A stretch of 64,000 nt of DNA, from NCBI GenBank assembly GCA_965216315.1, contig CBDCFN010000016.1:1376001-1440000 (forward strand). Direction: 5' to 3'. Source of the stretch: a bacterium. Its GTDB lineage: Bacteria; UBA10199; 2-02-FULL-50-16; JAJFLM01. This document shows positions 58,442 to 64,000 of the stretch, piece after piece. Position 1 is the first letter of the stretch. Each line of letters begins with the position of its first letter. The translations under genes were made by a program, and so were the position numbers. The notes under the pieces were generated by a model that had not been told where the DNA came from, did not search any database, and saw only the letters and a list, made by a program, of their open reading frames with translations.

Positions 58442-59803
58442 TCAACCACCCGAGCGCTGCAGGATCGTAAACTCAGTCCGGCGGTTTCTCGCGCGGCCCA
58501 ACGCCGTATCGTTGGTATCGATTGGTTTGCTCTCGCCAAAACCCTTCGCAACCATACGACTAGACGAGACGCCACGTTGGACTAAGTAAGCCATGACGGA
58601 GCGAGATCGCCGTTCTGACAGTCGCTGGTTATACTGATCGGAACCAACGGCATCCGTATGACCTTCAATTTGGATGCGTAGAATCTCAGGATGACGCTTC
58701 ATAACATCCGCGACGGCGTCTAAGATGTGGAAGGAAATCGGCCGTATCACCGCTTTATCGAATTCGAAGTGGATCTTCTGCGTGATAACAATCCGTTCTT
58801 TTTCAACGCGGACGATCGGCACCGGAGCTGGCGGCGGCGGCGGCAAATCAACGATGCGCGGCTTGGTATAACTGACGCCGACAAGTCCACGAAAATCAGG
58901 CGAGCCATAACCAAAGGTCAAACCGGCACCCGCACCGACATCAATCTCCCAGCCCTCCCAGGGCCTAAAACGCGCTCCACCCAACACTTCAAGAGGTAAT
59001 TCAGACTCCCGATCAAAGAAGTCACTCGTGACGGTTGCACCCCAGATCTCCATAATCACATCCATCCACTCGAGGGCTTTGACGTTGACACCCAAACCAT
59101 AGGTAAACTTATCGTCTTCTTGGACGTTCAAATTTACGGGGCGCACCGAATCACGCATAAAATAACCTAAATTCAAGGCTACGTAGAGGCGTTCCCAGGC
59201 ATGCACATCAAAGATGACATCCAGTCCACCGGCAAAGCTATCATTACCGACTAGTTTGTCGCCATCACCGGTTGGAAAGAAAATATAGGGTCGCAAGGCC
59301 AATCCGACCGGATGCACGAAATCATTGACTAACCTAAATTTGGCCTCGAGACGAATATCACCCATCCGAGCGACATTCTCAGCCGGCGCATTGGGTGCGA
59401 ACACAGGATTAAAAAACTGCTCGTACAGGGCAACCGGAATATCGATGCCCATTTGAAACCAATCAGTCCACCCCACGGAGGCATAGGCATCTAGCATGAG
59501 CAGATGATCAATGATCGGACCGCGCCGGGCTCCGCCGATACCAAACTCGACCGGTCGATAGGCATAATTGAACATGCCGCCGACCTTCCACTGCCATTTT
59601 TGCATGGTCTGTGAACTGTATTGCCCAAAATACTTTGACGTATCGATGGATGGCAGGAATTTTTGCGCACTCGCGTCAGGCGCCGCCTGCACCGTGAGAG
59701 GCGCAAGGGTCACAGCAATCACTACTGCTAGCAAAAACCGCCTTATCCTCAACCGACTCAAATTCTTGATTGTTGTGGCCACTCTATCCTCCCTCTTGTT
59801 CAT
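58442..59803 (-). CDS. Outer-membrane beta-barrel plus OmpA C-terminal domain protein
   Basis: Signal peptide, amphipathic strands, PPPPP linker, IEGHTD..N..LSERR..NRR.EF; alternative GTG start at 59782 with GGAGG. Confidence 0.92.
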   Translation of the reverse strand: MNKREDRVATTIKNLSRLRIRRFLLAVVIAVTLAPLTVQAAPDASAQKFLPSIDTSKYFGQYSSQTMQKWQWKVGGMFNYAYRPVEFGIGGARRGPIIDHLLMLDAYASVGWTDWFQMGIDIPVALYEQFFNPVFAPNAPAENVARMGDIRLEAKFRLVNDFVHPVGLALRPYIFFPTGDGDKLVGNDSFAGGLDVIFDVHAWERLYVALNLGYFMRDSVRPVNLNVQEDDKFTYGLGVNVKALEWMDVIMEIWGATVTSDFFDRESELPLEVLGGARFRPWEGWEIDVGAGAGLTFGYGSPDFRGLVGVSYTKPRIVDLPPPPPAPVPIVRVEKERIVITQKIHFEFDKAVIRPISFHILDAVADVMKRHPEILRIQIEGHTDAVGSDQYNQRLSERRSRSVMAYLVQRGVSSSRMVAKGFGESKPIDTNDTALGRARNRRTEFTILQRSGG

Positions 59804-59814
59804 AACCTATAGCG

Positions 59815-59875
59815 AATTATGCCAATATTATAGGTAATTTTGGCATAATTTAGTCGATTTAGAGGTCAGTGTCAA
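59815..59875 (-). promoter_or_regulatory. Promoter with 11-bp inverted repeat
   Basis: TTGACA-17-TAAATT; AATTATGCCAA-N14-TTGGCATAATT at 59815-59850. Confidence 0.65.
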
Positions 59876-59885
59876 CGAATCAACC

Positions 59886-60716
59886 TCATTGAAGAAAAAT
59901 TTTCTTCCCGAGTTGGGCGGCAATTTCCCGTAACGATGCACCGCGTTCAAACTCGATAACAACCGTCTGAGATCGTGATTTACGGCTAAAAGGAAAGCGA
60001 TGCAACTCCAAACGCGCATTCCAACCCACCGCACTCACCCGAAGGGCCCATAATTGCCGCCAGCCCTGTCGGCGCGCGTAGGCAATTGCTTGCTTATGAA
60101 TAGAGGCCAAAACCTGGTGCGACTCCGGAGGCGCTGGTATGCCAACGCGGCGCGCTCCACCAAATAATTGGATAAAGGCAGGCGGATAAATATCGGCAGG
60201 CAGCTGCAACTGGGGCCATTCGAAATGAAGTTGTTGCATGATGCGACGCACCGCTTTTTGCTGTCCCCGCGCCTGCTGGATCAGCGCCGCCAAAACATTC
60301 GCGGCCAGACGCGCGCCTTGCCTGTGTTCACCCTGTTTTGCCCGCTCGACGATTCGAAGCGCCTTACTGAATTGCAGCTGATAGTAAGCGTCCCAGGCTG
60401 CCTTAAGTTCCTGTGGTGCTGACTGAGGGCGAAGCAAGTGTATAGACTGACGTGAGCTTTCACGTTGAGGACCAACAACGGTCAGCTCGATCGAGTGTCT
60501 ACGAAAATAACGTTGTAGCTCCTGAGCCAACCCGTTGGCCTCTGCTTGCCACTTCATTTGATCGACAAAAACGAGTAGTCCCGCGACATCTCGCTGCGAG
60601 CCGGCAACTGAAATTCTGCCGAGCGCCAACAATCCTGCCAACACGATCAGCGAGACACCGCAAAGCGTCCTAAATTGAGACAGTCGCGTCTGAGAATAAG
60701 TCGATTTTAGCTTCAA
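59886..60716 (-). CDS. Exported basic hypothetical protein with TPR-like helices
   Basis: GAGGGAG SD before TTG; N-terminal hydrophobic segment; AWDAYYQLQFSKA...IYPP. Confidence 0.7.
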   Translation of the reverse strand: MKLKSTYSQTRLSQFRTLCGVSLIVLAGLLALGRISVAGSQRDVAGLLVFVDQMKWQAEANGLAQELQRYFRRHSIELTVVGPQRESSRQSIHLLRPQSAPQELKAAWDAYYQLQFSKALRIVERAKQGEHRQGARLAANVLAALIQQARGQQKAVRRIMQQLHFEWPQLQLPADIYPPAFIQLFGGARRVGIPAPPESHQVLASIHKQAIAYARRQGWRQLWALRVSAVGWNARLELHRFPFSRKSRSQTVVIEFERGASLREIAAQLGKKIFLQ

Positions 60717-60789
60717 ATGATCTCTCCCTCATGAGTGAATATTAGTGTAACTCCATGTAATTATAGAATTTTCCATGAAAAGCCCATTC

Positions 60790-60805
60790 TGGCATCGGCC
60801 CTGCA
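60790..60805 (+). promoter_or_regulatory. sigma-54 (-24/-12) promoter
   Basis: TGGCATCGGCCCTGCA: GG-N10-GC. Confidence 0.6.
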
Positions 60806-60818
60806 ATAGCGAAACAAC

Positions 60819-61016
60819 ATGCCCGTGCCAAAACTCATCAAGTCCGTCCGTCGTCCCCAGCCGACCAAAACCCAAGTCGCTGCGGTCGCAACCAATCCGT
60901 ACGAGCAAAAACTGCGCCAGCGCGCAAGTGATTTGACCGCAACCGAACGTTTCGATGAAGCGTCACGGACTATTCGACAAATTCAACAAATCACACGACT
61001 GACTCAACCTATCTAA
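60819..61016 (+). CDS. Small basic hypothetical protein (65 aa)
   Basis: Fills the gap between promoter and next gene; disordered N-terminus, helical C-terminus; no SD. Confidence 0.5.
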   Translation: MPVPKLIKSVRRPQPTKTQVAAVATNPYEQKLRQRASDLTATERFDEASRTIRQIQQITRLTQPI

Positions 61017-61032
61017 CCTTAAGGAGAAATAT

Positions 61033-62475
61033 ATGCCGCCCGCTTCCGTCAGTTCAGAAATTCAGCACCAAATCAAAAAAACGCTTATTAAAGAAACGAC
61101 GACGACAGTCCAAACGCAGGTCCCTTCCTTTGCCCCACAATACTCTCATAACACGCGGAGTCTACACCGCTATCAACATGTCATCGAGGGCGGCGTCTCT
61201 CATACATGCAAAGTAGCCATTCCACCGTTGCCAAAAATCAACGGCCGCACAGTGCATGAAGTTTGGCCGACAACCAGCACGATAGCGGCCAATGAAAAAG
61301 CCTCCGCAACCGGCGACCCACACATTAAGGGTGGAGATGGCGGACGGTTTGATTTTCAAGGTCGTCCCGGACGCGTCTACAATCTCTTGAATGATTCGGG
61401 ACTGCAGCTCAATGCCAAATTCAGAGCTTGGTTGGGTGCTGGAACCGCTATCAGCGAGGTCGGCCTGACCGTAACGGGTCGAGGTGGATATTCCCGCGTC
61501 ACCATGCAAACCAAAGTCGGACGCCAACTCGAAATAAAGATCAACGGGCGCCGCCTTTTACCGGGACAAAGCACACGACTGGCCGATGGCGGCACCCTTC
61601 ACCTCAGCAAAACCGGCAAGTCAGTCTCCATCCGCACCAGAGAAGGCTACCGCACCCGAGTCCACGTTAAAGGAAACGGCCTCCGTGCTCATCTTGATGT
61701 TCATATCAGCAGTCCGCGCCAAGGCGTCGCACGAGATGGCCGCATGCCCGGTGGTCTGCTGGGCCATACCTTCGACAAAGGAAAAGACGCGCGACATGGC
61801 GCTAAAGGTCGGGGGGCTCAAGGGGAAGGTGCCATCGATGGACACTATACAGATTACGAAGTTCTGGGCGGACTTCATGCCCGGCCAAAAGCAAAAATCA
61901 CCAAGGCAAAGCTGGCGCCGACCACCAGACCCATTGGACCTGTCCATCGCCACTATCTTGGCGACACTCAAAAAACCGAATTCAATGAATTCAACCGAAC
62001 TGAGCTTCAAGAGACATGGCGACAGATCACGCAACAAATGACGGAATCAACCCTCATTCAAAATACACTTAAGCGGAAGCAAAATATTCAGCGGCAAACG
62101 CGTAAAACAGAACGCTTACTCATGGCCGCACTCAACAGTGGCAACATGGATCTTGCCGTTATCATGCTGGCCAGCATCGAAACGCAGCTTGCCAATGACG
62201 TCACGAGTGGCCTTGTCAAACAAATCCACACCCTACAAAAACAACGTCAGTCCCTCTCATCACAGATGGCTAAGCTCGGCAACAAAGGCAAAGATGCCAG
62301 CAAGTTGAGCAGTCTGAGTACGCAGGCCCAGAATATTGGAACGGAGATCTCCTTGCTCCAGACCTTTCTTCAAGATTCGATGTCCAGCAAACGCAACACC
62401 CAGGAATTTGCGAGTAATTGGATACGACAGAGTCATGAAACGACGCGGTCGATTATTCAGAATATTGGCCGGTAA
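61033..62475 (+). CDS. GDPH/VWD-like domain protein with type III filament-like coiled-coil C-terminus
   Basis: AAGGAG SD; no signal peptide; GDPHIKGGDGGRFDFQG; ends KRNTQEFASNWIRQSHETTRSIIQNIGR. Confidence 0.75.
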   Translation: MPPASVSSEIQHQIKKTLIKETTTTVQTQVPSFAPQYSHNTRSLHRYQHVIEGGVSHTCKVAIPPLPKINGRTVHEVWPTTSTIAANEKASATGDPHIKGGDGGRFDFQGRPGRVYNLLNDSGLQLNAKFRAWLGAGTAISEVGLTVTGRGGYSRVTMQTKVGRQLEIKINGRRLLPGQSTRLADGGTLHLSKTGKSVSIRTREGYRTRVHVKGNGLRAHLDVHISSPRQGVARDGRMPGGLLGHTFDKGKDARHGAKGRGAQGEGAIDGHYTDYEVLGGLHARPKAKITKAKLAPTTRPIGPVHRHYLGDTQKTEFNEFNRTELQETWRQITQQMTESTLIQNTLKRKQNIQRQTRKTERLLMAALNSGNMDLAVIMLASIETQLANDVTSGLVKQIHTLQKQRQSLSSQMAKLGNKGKDASKLSSLSTQAQNIGTEISLLQTFLQDSMSSKRNTQEFASNWIRQSHETTRSIIQNIGR

Positions 62476-62489
62476 GAAATGGCAAATGA

Positions 62490-62513
62490 GGGCGCGGCGA
62501 GCAGCGCCTCTAC
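62490..62513 (-). repeat. GTAG-family REP-like hairpin containing the dsbD stop codon
   Basis: Minus strand GTAG-AGGCGC-tGCtcGCc-GCGCCC. Confidence 0.65.
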
Positions 62514-64000
62514 AAGCGGCGTCGCGCCTTTTTCAGAAACTGAATAAACTCACTGGGACCCAGCACGTCACCAACGAGGCGCGCCTCATCGACCTCATTG
62601 CCATGCCGGTCCGTTACAATAAGGGTCGGCCAACCGATGACCTTATAGCGCTCTACGGCTTCTTTGCACCTATCGGTATTTTGAGTACAGTCCACTTTGA
62701 ATGGCACATAATACTGCTTCATGTACCCTTTGACGGCCGCAACCGAGAGAGTCTTTTCTTCCCACTCCAAACACGGCAAACACCAATCCGCATAAAAATC
62801 TATCAACAACCCCTTGTCCTGCGCCTGCGCCTCAGCCAATGCCGCCGCATAATCCTGATGCCAAAATAGTTCCTCGCTGACGGGCTTGGGGCTATCGGAG
62901 TTAATTCGCAAGCCCGTATAGCCCACATACCCATAATAGAGCGCGGGCACTAACAAGAGCACGCCCATCGCACGTTTGACCCAAACGGCTGCGGGACCAC
63001 TGTGGAGCCTGCCGGCCAACGAACCATAAAAAGTCCCGAAGACGAGAATGAGACTCCCCATACCGATGCCAAACGCAAACAAGAGACCAAAGCCATGGAG
63101 CACATCGCGAGTCTGAGCCACCCATACCAGCAAGGCTCCAATCACGGGGCCAACGCAAGGTGCCGCCAAGATCCCCATTGTCACGCCAGCGATAGCAGCC
63201 CCGCTGTATCCCCTCCCCCCAACCTTGGCGAGCCGGTTACGCATCCACAACGGGACCTGCAATTCATAGACGCCAAACATGCCCAGCGCAAAGAATGCGA
63301 ACAACGCCGCACCCAACATGAGAAACCACGGATTTTGAAACAGAAATCCGAGCTGCAAGCCCAAAATGGCCGCCAGTACTCCAAAAACGGCATAGGTCAC
63401 CGCCATCGCCAAGACCAACACACTCGTCAGCGCAAAATTCCGACTGTGGCGTTTTTCGCGGCGGACACCGACGACGGCCAGGGTCAAGGGTATCAGCGGC
63501 AACACACAGGGGGTAAAATCAGTCAAAAACCCACCGATAAAAGCCAGCAAATACGCCAACCAGCCCCTCGCCTTGAGCGCATCGACCAAACGACCCTTAA
63601 GCGTGTTATCTTCCGTTTGGCTCATGACCGTATCCGGCGATTGACCGGAAACAATTTTCACCGGAATCTTGAGATCGATGGACTTCTCACGAAAGCAAAT
63701 TTTAGGAGAACAGCCCTGATAGAAAAGTCGTAGCGTAACCGCTTGCTCGCCCAAAGGAGCATCCCTTAAAGCCCGCAGTCCAATACTGGCCAAAGCAGGC
63801 CCCTGATAAATCTTCAATTCCTTCTTTAAAAAGGGATCATTTTTCAATTCAGCCTCAGGATATTTAATCGAAGCAACCTTGATCCCATTGCCATGGACTA
63901 AATCGACACGTGTCTTGTCCTCGTAGAGATAATGACCCACTGGTATATCAAAAAAAATGTCTACGTTTGCGACCTCTCCCCTTTTCACGGTCCGCGTCGT
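62510..64000 (-). CDS. dsbD: Thiol:disulfide interchange protein DsbD (5' end probably outside the window)
   Basis: YQGC...C, FTPCVLP, APCVGP, WCLPC thioredoxin domain; frame open to the window edge. Confidence 0.9.
   Translation of the reverse strand, partial: TTRTVKRGEVANVDIFFDIPVGHYLYEDKTRVDLVHGNGIKVASIKYPEAELKNDPFLKKELKIYQGPALASIGLRALRDAPLGEQAVTLRLFYQGCSPKICFREKSIDLKIPVKIVSGQSPDTVMSQTEDNTLKGRLVDALKARGWLAYLLAFIGGFLTDFTPCVLPLIPLTLAVVGVRREKRHSRNFALTSVLVLAMAVTYAVFGVLAAILGLQLGFLFQNPWFLMLGAALFAFFALGMFGVYELQVPLWMRNRLAKVGGRGYSGAAIAGVTMGILAAPCVGPVIGALLVWVAQTRDVLHGFGLLFAFGIGMGSLILVFGTFYGSLAGRLHSGPAAVWVKRAMGVLLLVPALYYGYVGYTGLRINSDSPKPVSEELFWHQDYAAALAEAQAQDKGLLIDFYADWCLPCLEWEEKTLSVAAVKGYMKQYYVPFKVDCTQNTDRCKEAVERYKVIGWPTLIVTDRHGNEVDEARLVGDVLGPSEFIQFLKKARRRL

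Noticed and set aside
59811..59856. sigma-54 promoter at the TGGCA motifs upstream of the OmpA-like gene
   Set aside because: GG-to-GC spacing is wrong on both strands
63002..63733. 243-aa + strand ORF and the many other overlapping ORFs in the track
   Set aside because: Antisense or alternative-frame shadows of well-supported genes, with no recognisable motifs

Overview
A 64-kb window of mostly core chromosome from a deltaproteobacteria-like organism (inferred from gene content: CdbA-like RHH protein, Hanks kinase with PEGA-like tail, TraB-like OmpA, A2-type caa3 oxidase, xerD-trpS-scpAB synteny). Housekeeping blocks include folE/trmB, xerD-trpS-scpAB, tRNA-fMet, speB/speA, pyrR-pyrBC-carAB, kinase-M16 pair-argS-SPOR-RHH-lepA-lepB, shc, lipA-alaC-hom-thrC-glpX, sco-coxBACD, recG, fadD and dsbD. 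Signals not shown by the ORF track: (1) a dif-like site at 7272-7299 where gene orientation converges, with an inverted partial copy 54 bp away; (2) palindromic REP-like elements inside the trmB and argS coding sequences, at stop codons, and between carA and carB; (3) many promoters placed for leaderless translation, often lacking the -7 T; (4) a pyr leader with a uORF crossing a terminator; (5) two sigma-54-type promoters, one driving a GGA-rich unit with a small ORF, the other a protein fusing a GDPH/VWD-like domain to a type III filament-like C-terminus. Also present: a 22xKATKR histone-H1-like gene, two tailspike-like beta-helix proteins and a divergent leucine-dehydrogenase-like protein. 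No CRISPR array, rRNA, transposase or intact prophage was seen. All family calls are by-eye motif recognition; no searches were run.
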